DNA of 63,983 nucleotides, counting the filler. It is 12 parts of 12 records of this genome, joined end to end, with 100 filler letters (N's around TTAATTAATTAA, not from the genome) between each part and the next. Parts side by side here need not be neighbours in the genome. Positions count along the whole stretch, not along the records: positions 31,364 to 43,770 come from SRR7504441_10512; positions 43,871 to 47,158 come from SRR7504441_10519; 10 more parts are not named here. One strand, given 5' to 3'. The notes below the pieces were generated by a model. It was not told where the DNA came from, did not search any database, and saw only the letters and a list, made by a program, of their open reading frames with translations. Positions 34,310 through 46,243 of the stretch are shown piece after piece. Position numbers and translations under genes: made by a program. The first letter of the stretch is position 1. Each line of letters starts with the position of its first letter.

Positions 34310-36481
34310 TTAGTCCCATTCGAGATCATCCTCCACTCCAGGAAGAAGTAATTCGTCCAAGTCCGGCCTTGACGCGATCACGGACTTGGACCATCGATCG
34401 ACGCAAGCACGAGGGCTTATCATTACGCGTCCTAGCGTAGGGTCACCCAATTCGATGAAACAGTGATGCTCTCTGTCCAGGCGTAACAACATCAAGAATC
34501 AAATTGAGATTTTCCTCGTCTACAAGCCGTGCCCATATCCTATCATATTCATTGTCCAACTTTACTTTGTAGTGGCCGGTGGCATTATGTCGGTTGAAAT
34601 AATAACTCATCCCAAGTTCATCCCGCAGTCTCTGCAGACCATTATTCCCAAGCAATTCTTTAGACTGAACAAGAATCTGCTCCTGGTCCGAGATGCTTGC
34701 CCATAGGGTCGCGACAACCTTGATCTTTGTCTGAACATCGAAGCACTTGAGTATCCCAGGCAGCTGTGATGTCTTGAAAATCCTCTCTTCGGCCAAGATC
34801 CGAAGAAAGCCCAGCCTCAGGGGCCCGTCTGGTTGTGATCGAAGCAGCCTGATAATATTTGGCATGTGACGGTCTTCGATGGCCTGGTAGGACGATGGCA
34901 CATCTAACCATGTGAGCCCTGCATTCATACTGATGGCCTTTGAAAGTGCAACAGCCCCTTGCATCCGGATTTCATTGTATGAGAGGTCGAGCTTCATGAG
35001 CTGAACATTGTTTTCCAGGGAATCCCCAAGTACCAGCGCGCACTTGGTCGCAATATTGTTGTGGGAGAGGTTTAAATCTGTGAGAGACAAAGAGAACTTG
35101 ATGCCTCGTGCCAGTAGGCTGCACACGTTGTCGCCAAGCCTGTTTTGTGACAGGTTCAACTTTGTGATACAAGAGTTCTGCATGAGCATGTCTGCCAGCA
35201 TATGGCCTGCTGCTTCTCCGATGCTGTTACGCGAGAGGTCTAGTTCTTGTAGACCACTACACCTGGTCTGAATGACTCTCACAAGCTCTGAAGCTGGCAT
35301 GCCTCGTATAGCGTTACCACTCAGGTTCAATTTCCTAACACACAACGAGCGGGTAAGATGAAGCCTTAGTAAGACTTAGCAGCTAATTGTGCCTGGCACC
35401 TGATTTGAGCACTTGTGCTACCACAGTCTACTGCTTTGGTCAGCGCCGTCACCAAATCAGCTCCAAGATTGTAATTTGCCCACGATCGAGATTCGATCGT
35501 GCGGGAGCTAGATCCATCATTGGAGAGCTCAAGCACCGCCAGAGGAAGGACCTGCTGGTCTTCGCAACTCCAAACGAATTCTCGGCGCCCCAGTTGAGAT
35601 GCAGAACGCAGCTGCTCTTTGGGTGGTGGTGCGGCTTCTCTGTCTTTTAGCCATCCTTGCATGGGGGCGGCCATCTTTTGTTCTGCACCCTGTTGAACCC
35701 GCTCCTGTAACAAGACGACAGCATCTCGCGCATGCGTTTCTGCTGTTTTACCAACACCCCTAAGTACTTCCTCTGCAGCAGATTTGAGGCTAGTCTTGCA
35801 TTTTGGATCATCAGCCAAAGTCAATTGCACATCTCCGACTACAGAAGTGGTTTGGGCGCCATCTTCCGCCCTGACTCTAACCTGTCGGGCTCTGGACTGG
35901 TTGTCCAGACTTGATCTCCGGCGTGGTGCAGGTGGTTTAGGAAGAATCAACTCGTCAGGTGTATGCTTTGCACGTAGATCACGTGTGCGACAAAGTTGCG
36001 AGAAATGCAGCCTGGCTGGGATCCCAATAAGCAAGCCGCTGCTGGGCCTAGATCCGGAAGCTGTGTCTTCAGACTCCGTGTCTTCAATTCCTAGAGTTCT
36101 CTCGTCTCTCCGAACAGGACACTCTTCCAAATCTGCCTCTACCTCCGCATCATCTGAGTCCGAGTCTGAGCTTTCTAGCGCCATAACCAGCTCCACATTG
36201 CCTGTGCTGGAGAGCCGAGGGCCCAATCGCCCCTCCCTCTTTGCCTTCCGGCGATGGCTCTCCCGGCAGCGCTGAATTAGCTGGCTATGCTGCTCCTTGG
36301 ACTGCTCCCAATAGAGCTCATTCACCCGGCTGGCACCGCGGGCCGCGGGCAGCAGCCGAGTGTGCTGCTTGGTGTCCAGGAAAGTCAGGAATGGCGCCTC
36401 GGGTTCTGGCTGGCTCGCGGCGCTGTCCTGAGACTGCTGCGGACCAAACCGCCACAGCGAGCGGTAGTTGCGGTCAGGCAT
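34310..36481 (-). CDS. RI-like leucine-rich repeat protein, multi-exon
   Basis: 28-aa LRRs (LQELDLSRNSIG, ITKLNLSQNRLG, LTDLNLSHNNIA, LMKLDLSYNEI) and C-terminal NATGHYKVKL. Confidence 0.75.
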
Positions 36482-36804
36482 CGTATCGGTGTCCCGGCCG
36501 GCGCGAGTGCACGCTGCACGCACATACTGCGAGGCCAGCGACGATGCAGTGGCCGACCACACCTGGAGGCAGCGTGAGGGCCAGCAGGCCGGCTGGGCAC
36601 CTCAGGCGGCTGGCTGGCCCCCGCCGCGTCCAAGTAGTACACCCCGGCCCGGCTGAACCCCTCCGGGCGCAGATGCACCGCTGGGAGCACCGTCGGACCC
36701 GAGCGCGGCCGGGGGCTCCAGCCCGGCCTGGCCGCCTTGTCCATTCAGCCTGCTGGGGCCCGAGCCATTCCGGGAGTGGCGGGCTCTTGCAGCCACTCAG
36801 CCCG

Positions 36805-37866
36805 ATGGAGCCGGCCGCTGGCTGCGCGGGGGAGGAGGAGGGGTGCGCGGGGGAGGTTCTGGACCGGCTGCTGGCGTCGGGCTGGCTGGACCAGTCCGAG
36901 TGGGCCCGCGGCAAGTGCCCCGGCTGCAACAAGTCCTGCCGCTTCTTCTGCCCGACCTGCCGGCAGCTCGTCAACGTGCCCCGCCCCGCCGCCCGCCCGA
37001 GCCCGGCCCCAGGTGCCCACCCCGCTCACCGCGCGGTTCGAGCCTCGGATGCAGCTGCCGGTGCGCCCCAGGCAGTGCCGGCCTGGAGCGGGGGGCAGAT
37101 CAGCGTGGATCTGGTGCTGCACGACCAGCACTCCAAGTGCTCCGGCCTCCAGATCCCCACGCTAGCCCGGCCGGTGGCCTGCTGGCAATACCCGGACCAG
37201 ATGCCCGACACCCAGCCCGACTGGGACCCGGCCACTGCCGGGCTGGTCTACCCCTGCCCGGAGGCGCGCTCGTTACTCGAGCTAGCCCCAGCCGAACTCG
37301 CCACACTCCGCCGGCTGGTCCTGGTCGATTGCCGGTGGCAGTCCGGGCCCTGCTCGCCGCTGTTCCAGGAGACCTGCCTGCGCCAGATCCCGCTCCGGAT
37401 TAAGCTGGCCGCCCCGCCGGACAAGTCTCGCTTCTGGCGGTACCACCACAAGGGCGCCGGTTGCCTCTCGACTGCCGAGGCGTGCTACTACGTGCTGCTC
37501 GACTACGTCCGGGCGTGCGCCAAGCACGGGCTGCCGCTCGGCGAGCTGGCCGACGAGTCGCGGTATGATCAGCTGCTCGCGATATTTGCGCTGCAGTACC
37601 AGTCGGTCGCGAGCTGCTACCAGGCGGGCGGGGCACACCACGAGCACACGTCAGGGACCGGCAGGATAACCGGGCCGCCCCCGTTTGCCGAGGAGGGCAA
37701 GGCGTACCAACGCCAAAAAAGGGCGCAGCTGCGGGGGCAAGCGGGCAGAGAGTTCCATCAGCAGAATGCGTCCAGGAAGGCAAAGCGGATTGAGGCAATG
37801 CAAGCTGAGAATAGGCGGACGGGGAAGAAGCCCACATTGGGCAGCGACGGGGCACCCGCTGAGTGA
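36805..37866 (+). CDS. DTW-domain tRNA-uridine aminocarboxypropyltransferase (DTWD1-like)
   Basis: CPGC...RFFCPTC, KCSG, LVYP, LVLVDCRW (DTW motif variant), FWRY and CLSTAEA. Confidence 0.8.
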   Translation: MEPAAGCAGEEEGCAGEVLDRLLASGWLDQSEWARGKCPGCNKSCRFFCPTCRQLVNVPRPAARPSPAPGAHPAHRAVRASDAAAGAPQAVPAWSGGQISVDLVLHDQHSKCSGLQIPTLARPVACWQYPDQMPDTQPDWDPATAGLVYPCPEARSLLELAPAELATLRRLVLVDCRWQSGPCSPLFQETCLRQIPLRIKLAAPPDKSRFWRYHHKGAGCLSTAEACYYVLLDYVRACAKHGLPLGELADESRYDQLLAIFALQYQSVASCYQAGGAHHEHTSGTGRITGPPPFAEEGKAYQRQKRAQLRGQAGREFHQQNASRKAKRIEAMQAENRRTGKKPTLGSDGAPAE

Positions 37867-38138
37867 CACTCAGTTATTCGGTTAAACCTATACAATCATA
37901 TGACCAAAAACTCGAAAAAACAGCTAATCAAAAGTGCGTAAATATTTACCTCCGATCTGGCCTCATCCCGGCCGCTCAGGACCCGAACCGGGACCCAGCA
38001 CCAAAACAACTTCTCCGGGCGTGGCCAAGACCGTAACTCGGCCGTATATTTCTGGACACACATTCCAGATTCTTGACGTGAGAAGAAGAGACTTCGAATT
38101 CATCACACCTGCAGCTGTCTCTTTGGCGGTATCCCAGA

Positions 38139-39053
38139 ATGGCCTTGGGCGCAAATCCGGTCCACCAGCCGGCGGCCGAGGCCCGGCGCAAAAAGAAGCA
38201 GCCGCGTCGGCTGGGCAGCCCGCCGGCTCCGGTGCCGCCCCGGGCCATCAGCCCGATCAGCCGGCAAGCCAACAGCCGGTGCCAGCGGCGGATTGACCAG
38301 CTCGAAAAGGCGGTCCGAGTCCGAGGGGGCCCCAGCCGGAAGCTGGCCCCCGTCGAGTTCGGCCCGCCGGCACATCAGCAGTTTGAGGCCCCGATCAAAG
38401 CCCAGCTGCTCTGGCTGCACCAGCAACTCGAGCCGCCCGGCTCTGACAGCGCTCAGCTTCAAGCAAAAGACCGACGGGCGGTTCGAGCGTATCGAGGTAG
38501 CGAATGAAAGGCGGCGCAGGAAGGCGGAGCTGCGGCGCTGGTCGGTATGGCTTTCAGTGACGAGCTGTGCCTGTAGGTTAGTGCATCAGTGGCAGGCGCT
38601 CGAACAGCTCAACGAGCTCAGGAGGGTGAACCGCAGCAGGATGTGGGCAATTAAACGGATTCAGGGATGGGTGCGGCCGTATATCAATAGAAGGCGACGG
38701 AAGGCTGTCCTGCGGGGGCTGGCCCGGCTCAAGGCTGTGATTGACGGGCATCGAGTTCGGTTTGCTTCAAGCAGTATGCGCGAGATTTCAGAGAGGCACT
38801 CACCAAATACGAGATGAGCGTATATGCGGCCCGTGCCAAGCTGCTACTATGCCAAGACAATGTGGTCTTCCCTCACTTTGAAGGACCTGTACGACCGGAG
38901 ATTCATGTGCACATTGCCGATGCAAGCATCGTGATGATGCTAGCCATCGAAGCGATCTTGCAATCAAAGACTCGACCCCGAACGCCAAACATGCGCGTGC
39001 GGGCACGTTTGATCACGGCGACAACGTCCGTGATCAGTCGACACACCCTCTAG
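38139..39053 (+). CDS. Hypothetical basic protein with IQ-like motif, multi-exon
   Basis: Consecutive + strand ORFs with AIKRIQGWVR. Exon structure not resolved. Confidence 0.35.
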
Positions 39054-39525
39054 TTTGAACTGTTCAACTATAAAATTAAGTACGAGTGTATAAAGCACAC
39101 TTATAATTATGTTCGTAACTTTATACATGTTGTTTGAGGCATTCGGCCAGCGTTGAAATGACGCGTGCAGCCAGATTTTCCCCGTGTAGAGTACCGATGC
39201 AGCATTCTCGGCGGTGGCATTGTCTGCGTCGAATCCTCTCGCATGTCACGCCGGAAGTACCGCCGTCCGGCCCCCAACCACCCTCCCATAGTACAGGCTG
39301 CCCCCTTGTAGTGCCGGCAACTGACCTGAGCTGTGGGAGCTCTCCGTAGTTAATTACTGTACTACGAATGGGATTTTGTTAATTACCGTAGTCCTTACAA
39401 TTGTATACGTATTGTCCTATCGGTCCTGACCTAATACACGAGTACGAGTACGGCGTACCATGGTCGGGCGGTGCTTGCTGCAGAATTCAATTGTCAATGC
39501 CTAATTAGTGCCACGCGTCTCTACA

Positions 39526-40764
39526 TTAGCTCCTACTTCGCGAAGTAGCTTTCTTTTTCGTCACTGCGCCACTGGGTTCGTCACTATTCTCGCGATCGGT
39601 AGCTTTCTTTTTTGTGGGCTTGGGCTTCTTTGGCGGCGGCACACGGACAGCCAGCATGTCGTCCATAGCTTTCATTGGTACTGCGCCCTCGTCGAACGCC
39701 TTACCGCGCTCCTCCCCGACCCCCCATCGCACGCGCTGCGCCACCACCTCCACACCCGCCTCGACCGCTGCCTCGACTGCCTTGGCAAACGCACCACAAG
39801 CCGCTGCATTAGGCACAAACAGCTCGGCGTCAGCCCTTCCCTGCCCTCGGCATCAAACGCGGCGCGGAGGCAGCGCACACCAGCACAAACATGATCGCCG
39901 CCGCCGAGTACTTGTCGTGCTGTCGCCTCCCGCTCGCAATCGCTGCTAGCTCACCCAAGTGCCTGATCGCCCGAGCGGAGACGCACTTTTCGCCTGTTGC
40001 AGTCTTCTGGTTAGGCTTGCCCCTGTGATCGGGCTGAGTCACAGCGCGGGGCCAGCGCACCAGGGGAATATGCCGGCCCGGTGGTAGCTCTTGGCTGCAT
40101 CAGCCGGCCTGGTATAGACTGGATGCCCCGGCTGGAGCTCTGCAGCCGCCTGGGCCGAGCCGGGCGAGTAATCGGTGTCCACCACGTGCTTTACCTCCAT
40201 CAGCATCGGCCGGCCCGCCACCACCAACGCGAAGTCGGGACGGAAATTGCCCGCGGCAGGGTCCGAGCACGCCAGAGTGACTTGTGTCCCGTCCAGTCGC
40301 ACCGCGCCCCCGCCGGCCAGCCTGCCGGCGAGCGAGCCGTGCTCCACCAGCGCCTGGGCCAGCTGCTCCCCCAGCCGCGGGTGCGCGCCGACCCAGACCC
40401 CCCCGCCGGGGCAGCCGGCGTTGTCGCGCTCAGCCACCCAGAGCAATTGGGCCACCAGCTCGCACTTGGGAGTCCCGTGCTTGCCCAGGGTCTCAGGCCC
40501 CACTCCGGGCTGCCGGCGGAGCAGCATCCTGCATCCGGGGGTGCACTTGCCCCCGGCGTCCATGTTGGGAAGGTGTGCCACCGCCACGGCTCCCGTGGAG
40601 CTCAGCCGCACGTCCCCAACGTACGGCGACCGGTTCCTTGCGCTCGGCCGGCAGACCAGCACCGCCTCCTCCAGCGGCCCCAGGTCGAGCAGTGGGGCCG
40701 CCGCCGATGACCGAGGCCGCTTCAGTACACGCGCTGCACGCGCCACCGAATGCTTCGCCATCAT
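39526..40764 (-). CDS. SfsA-like PD-(D/E)XK nuclease-fold protein, two ~40-nt introns
   Basis: RPSARNRSPYVGDV, AHLPNM, VGAHP, RPDF...MEVKHV, IFPWG, SARAIRHLGEL, MFVLGRADAELFVPN and AVEAGVEV match the SfsA motif order. Confidence 0.8.
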
Positions 40765-40834
40765 TGACTGCGCGGTCAATCCGGCCGGAGTCTGCAACGG
40801 ACTTTCATCAAGTCACAGCACGCCCGCGAAACCC

Positions 40835-42027
40835 ATGCCTGCCAAGCCCGCCAAGCGGAAGCGCAGTAGCCCGGGCGACCCAGGCGCCGGGGCACAGGCT
40901 GCTCAGGCGGCGCTGGACGCGCTGGTCAGTGCCGCCGGTCAGGCGCCCAAGGAAGCGTACAGCGATTTGCTCCGGCAGTGCACCCGGCTGTCGGACATGT
41001 CGGCCGCAGTCTGGGTATGGCACCAGATGGCCACCGATGGGTGCGGGGCGGGCGGGCGGGGCTGACCGGTTGCAGGCACGCGCCCACTGAGGCCGACTGG
41101 AAGCTGCTGCACCCGCTGCACGGCCGACGGATGGAAGACTCCAAGGCGCTCGCGCGGCTGCCGGCGCTGCCCAGCTGGGTGAAGAACCCAAAGTATGAGA
41201 TCCACAAGCTGCTGGTCGGGCAACAGGCCGAGGCCAAGAAGGCGGCGGCCGCCGACAAGCTGCCGATCGTGATCTCGGAGCTGCTCAAGGTGGACGACGT
41301 GGGCTGGGCCCGGGTGTTCGAGGGCACCGCCGCGCTCGCCCAGTTCGTAGCCCGCCGGTGCAAGCTCAAGGAGGCCCAGGCAGCCGGGCCACCTGGGGCG
41401 AGCTGCTGAGCTGGTGCAGGCGCGGCCGCTGGTGAGCATGCTGCGGGAGGGTGGGCTGGTGACTGCACTGCCGAATCAGCAGGCCGACAAGGGGACCAAG
41501 GTCAGGCCTCTGCATGCGCCGGGCTGACAGCCAGGGCAGGTCCGGATTGCCAGTCGGGCCCAGCTGGTGCAGTGTGCCAAGTCGATGGTCGAAGCAGCCA
41601 AGCAAGTGGCAAAGGACGAGACAGTGGACGAAGCGAAGAGAGCCACTGCACAGGCAACCCCGATAGGCCGGGGAAGAAGCTTAGCTGCAGACAGGAGACC
41701 GCTCGGCGGCTGCGGCTCGAGATCTGCCAAGGAGTGAGCGCCACCAAGGAGAAGAAGCTTAAAGAGCCAAAGAGCAAGCCTTGGGCCAGAGCCGCAGGGA
41801 AGCCGGAGGCGCTTGAGGACAAACCAAAGAGCAAGAAGAAGAAGCCGAGTAGCGACCAAGCCGCTGAGCAGACGGAGGAGGCGGGCGAGGAGCCAGAGGA
41901 CAAACCAAAGGGCAAGAAGAAGAGGAAGAAGGAGGAGAAGAGTTGCGATAAAGCCGCTGAGCAGACGGAGGAGCTGGAGGACAAGCCAAAGAGTCGGAAG
42001 AAGATGAAGAAGAACCGGGAAGCTTAG
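40835..42027 (+). CDS. Hypothetical protein with Lys/Glu-rich repeated C-terminal tail, multi-exon
   Basis: Start MPAKPAKRKR and short GT-AG introns. The tail repeats LEDKPKSKKK / KAAEQTEE. Confidence 0.45.
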
Positions 42028-42109
42028 GCGGAGCCCTGAGGAGGCATAGCTAAGGTATCGATAATACAACATTGCAGTACACCAGAGACGATTCTATTAA
42101 CTAGTCCTA

Positions 42110-43661
42110 TTCACGCCCATTTCCCCGGCGGGCGACATCCGTTGTCCGGCACCACGTGGGTGGCCAGTACCTGCCCGCAAACCCGATCAGCCATCGAGCT
42201 CCACTAGCCGGCACCCGGTCCTGCCGCAGCGCCTGTTGAGCCTTGCGACACAAGCAGTGCCAGTGCCAAGGCTGCTCCCTGCGCCCGGCTCCGGCCGGCC
42301 CCTTGTGGCAGACCGACCGCCTGTCTCTCCCCCAGATCTTGGTGAACCTTGACTCGAGCAGCGCCCCGGGCCGCTTGTGCGCCAGCAGCTTGTCGTACTC
42401 GTCCGCATTAGCAACTAGCCAACGCAGGTGCGCCGCTAGCTCCTTTGGGCTGCCGAAGTGGTCGGCCTGGATCACCGACTGATTGGTTGGCATGTAGTCA
42501 CCTGCAGCCAGCTCGGCTGGCCGTCCGGCCTACTGCCTACCGTAATCGTCGGGGCCGTCCACAATCGGGACTGTGCCGGCGTGGTACGCGTTGACGAGCC
42601 GCTCAGTCACATAGTCGCGGCAGTTTGCGTTTTCCATCGCGATGTAGAACTTATACTGCCCGATGGTCTCGACCACAGAGCCTGGGTCGTTCTGGGCTAT
42701 CCCGTCCGGCTGCCCCACGGCTGGCACAGCCTCGGCCGGCCGGCGCCTTCTGGGCTCGGGAGGCCGGGTCAGCCTTGGGCCAGTCCTTGTTGTGCAGGCA
42801 CTTGCCATAGCTGTCCACCTCGATGTGTTTCATCAGCTCAGCCACAAACTTCTCCCTGCGCGAGCTGGTCTGACAGCTGCCCCGCCGCTCAGCCCTCCCC
42901 GGCGCCAGCCAGCCACTTTGACTGAATCCAGACCACCGGGGCCAGCCCGTCTGGCTTGGGTCTGGCCGGGGCTTGGAGCTTTGCGAGGTCAATCAACATG
43001 TCGAACGGACTGATGGGGCAGGTCGAGTCGAGCCGCGAGGAGACAAGCATGTCAAACTGACCGGCGAAGTCGGCCAGACGCAGCCGGGCCCCCGCTCCGG
43101 GCAGGTTTGAGTGCTCGGTGTAGTAGGCGGCCGACTCCCAGCTGTAGAGCACCCACAGCTGGCCCGGGCGCCGCTCCGGCATGTCCGCCCAGTCCAAGTC
43201 CCACGGGTGGAACCTGCCCCCCGCTCAGCCCCGGCCCGACCCCCCCCACACAGCAGCACGTCCGCGTCTGCCGCGGCCGCCCGGTCGCCGGTGATTGTGC
43301 AGGCGTTTAGCGAGCTGTTGCAGATCGAGTTAGGTAAGTCGCAGTCGACGTCGGGGCAGCACATGGCCCGGGTCTCGTGCGCCGGCAGCCCCTGGGCGCG
43401 CCGGCCGCTGCCCCACTCGGCCCCCCACACCTTGGTCCACCAGGCCATCCTCGGGGCCCGGAAGGCCAGGGCCGGATTAACAGGCGCCGCCCGCCGGCTA
43501 GGCGCGGGGCCGGTGGGCGGGGCCCGCGGCTGGCCGAAGGTGACCAGTGCGGCCAGTGTGGCCAGCGTCAGCCCAGCTGTCAGCAGCAGCCCCACCCGGC
43601 CGCACTTTCGGCCAGCCGACCCGGGTCGAATCAGTGTCCAAACTGCCCGTCGGAACACCAT
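42110..43661 (-). CDS. Alpha-1,3/4-fucosyltransferase (GT10), multi-exon
   Basis: Type II TM helix, then [46 protein letters not shown]...AGTVPIVDG and [11 protein letters not shown]. Confidence 0.92.
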
Positions 43662-43770
43662 TGTCTCAGTGTCCAAACTGCCCACCCATCATCTTTTCGA
43701 GTTACGGTCCGTCACTGGCCCGTCACACGCACGCTCGGCCCTCACTCAGTCTGAGCTCGCACAACTCGTA

Positions 43771-43870
43771 NNNNNNNNNNNNNNNNNNNNNNNNNNNNNN
43801 NNNNNNNNNNNNNNTTAATTAATTAANNNNNNNNNNNNNNNNNNNNNNNNNNNNNNNNNNNNNNNNNNNN
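43771..43870. other. Artificial contig linker
   Basis: N run with TTAATTAATTAA. Confidence 0.98.
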
Positions 43871-44899
43871 GTTCTCGACCTGCGGCCGGCGGTTGCACTC
43901 GATGAAGGCCAGCTTGCTCTCGTCGGTGTCGGGATCGGTGTAGATGAGCGCCTCCATGGTCGCCCGGGTGTTGTTGCCGGCCTGCTCGGCCACCGCGGCC
44001 GCCCAGCCGCGCGCCTTGGCGTAGAGCTCCGGGTCGATGAAACGCGTCACCAGCCGGTCGCTCATCCCGATCTCGACCACCTTTTGCATCTTGTCGTTGA
44101 ACCAGACGATGCGGCCGCCGTTGGCCACGGTGGTCCCGTCGAGCTCGAGCTCGATCTGGAAAAAGCCGCTGCCGTCCTTGGGGCTGATGCGCTCCTCGAC
44201 GTAAACGCCGTCGGCCCGCTTCATCTCGCCCACCACCTTGGCGGCGGCCACGCGGACGGCGTTGCGGTGGCTTGGGTCCAGGAGGGTGGCCGTCCCGCGG
44301 CCGCCGCCACCGTGCACGCTCTTGAGCATCACCTGCTTGGTGAGCCCGAGCTCCAGGACGGTCTGGGCAATCTCCTCGATGCATGCGCTCAGGTGCTCTG
44401 GTGAGGTGTCGGACCCCTCCTGCTGCTCGGTGATGACGCTAAAGGTCGGGGTGGGGGCACCCTGCTGCTCGCACAGCCGCTTGAAGCCCACCTTTTCGAG
44501 CAGGTCGGCGGCGGCGGGCTCGGTGCCGGGCCAGACCAGCCCGGTCTGGCGGATCTTGCGCGCAGTCTCGCCGGCCTCCGCCAGCGCCGACCACCCCGGC
44601 ATGAAGACGGCGTCGCCGGCCCGGATCGCGGCATCGAGTGCGGGGTCCGTCGCGCGAAAGGCCGCGAGGCGATCGGCAAAGTGGTCGAGGTCACCCCAGC
44701 CACCCGCGCGGATGCACAGGTGGCCGTCCACCCCCTCGAGTGGCTGGGCCCCCGAGCCCGTGTCCGGCACCACCTGCAGGATGCGGATGGTGGCACCCCA
44801 GACGGTGCGGAGCTCGGAGATGACCGAGTTGCAGGCGTGCCGCGACTGGTTGTAGAGGACACAGGTCGAATAGGGGGCCGACTCGGTGGTTGGTGACAT
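43871..44899 (-). CDS. Divergent biotin carboxylase (ATP-grasp) domain of a biotin-dependent carboxylase, 3' truncated
   Basis: MPGWSALAE (canonical PGYGFLSE), MLKSVHGGGGRG, VYVEE, QKVVE and FIECNRRPQVEN (canonical EMNTRLQVEH). Intronless. Confidence 0.85.
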
Positions 44900-44974
44900 G
44901 ACTCAAGGGGGTCGAGGGTATGCAAACAGGGCAACAAAAGAGTGCCTGATTCAGGGGCGAGAACGCGGCTCTGT

Positions 44975-45830
44975 TCAGGGTAGGATGGGTTGCGGCGATG
45001 CTGTGCCAAACTGTAGCGAAAAATTGCATGAAATGACAAAATGGTTGGCGACCGGGAAACCAGACTCGTATTTGGCATTGAAGAGCGTGCCTAGTTTACA
45101 CGGGGCGTCGTTGTACATCCTGCCTTGGCCGATCGTGAGTTTGAACGCTAGTTTGTCGTCCGTGTCTATGGCGGATAGCACTGGTCGAGGTAGCCACGTC
45201 CCACTGATTGGGTCAGACACTGGCATCTGATCTGTTCGGTAGGCAGCCGATAGGTGCAGGGTCCCCCAGTTCAAGTGACCTTTCATCTGACTGTGTACGA
45301 AATCCCAAGGGTAGACGCTGTCGTCAGTGTTGCCTCGTCGGATGGTCAGTGCTAGGTTGGATGCTTCGAATTGTTCATAGTTGAGTCCCGCGAATGCAAT
45401 CTCCACGTTCAACTGGAGCTGGGCTTGTGCTATCAGATTCGGCGGAAATTTATGCTGCGCGGAATCATATCCCTGTAAACCCGTGATCTGCATATCTGTG
45501 CGCACCGCGACAGATCCGACCCGCGTAAATCCGTCGTTTATGTCACTGTTGCTACCGGAGTCCTGGTCGACGAACTCGATTTTTAGGTCGTCTTTCGGCG
45601 GCGTGCCGATGCCATACTGGAAGGAGTTGTAAAAGTACATTGAAGACAAATCGACAGGCGTTAGTTTGTCCACATCGTCTTGTAGCTTTTTTGTATCAGC
45701 TTGTGTCTTTTCGATGCGTTTCTCTAGGTCACTTTTCGTGTCAGCTATCGTGTCCTGTATCAAGACGAAATTCTCTCCTATCTTCAGCGCTTCCAGTTCG
45801 GTGACTTGCGTGGTTTCTCGCGGTTCGAGT
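44975..45830 (-). CDS. Orphan ORF: coiled coil followed by a beta-rich domain; start unclear
   Basis: Protein-like C-terminal ~285 aa of ORF 44975..46051. GC is visibly lower than in the flanking genes. Confidence 0.45.
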
Positions 45831-46243
45831 GCTGGGCGGCGCCGAGGCGGCGTGCGAGTCTCTCGTACACGGCGTCCATCACCTGCCTGCAGGCGTCGTC
45901 GGCAACGTCTCCCACCACGAGCACACGGAACGCACGGGGTCCGCCGCCATACGCCTGCTGCACGACCGACTGCGCAGACTCGCCGATTGACCGCAGCGCG
46001 CTGGTCACACTGGTCCACGTGTCTCGCGAGGACGGCACGTGCCGCCACCAAAGAATGCGCACCCGGTCACCGAGGGTGCGTAGCATTGCGCCCACAACGT
46101 TGCGACTCTGCGCAAAAAGCAGGTGCTCTGAGACCGACCGAAGGAAATGTCCGAAACACGAAACGCTAGATTTTGTGTGCCTAGAGAGCAACGCGGCGAG
46201 GCGTACCACGTGCGAACGCCTAGCCCCAAAAAAGGAAGAAGAA

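Noticed and set aside
36241-36804. Long N-terminal extension of the DTW ORF and many other Arg/Pro/Ala-rich overlapping ORFs
   Set aside because: These are typical GC-rich alternative-frame or antisense ORFs overlapping better-supported genes.
36805-43661. Prokaryote-style defence operon around SfsA
   Set aside because: The neighbours are spliced eukaryotic genes in mixed orientation with unrelated functions.
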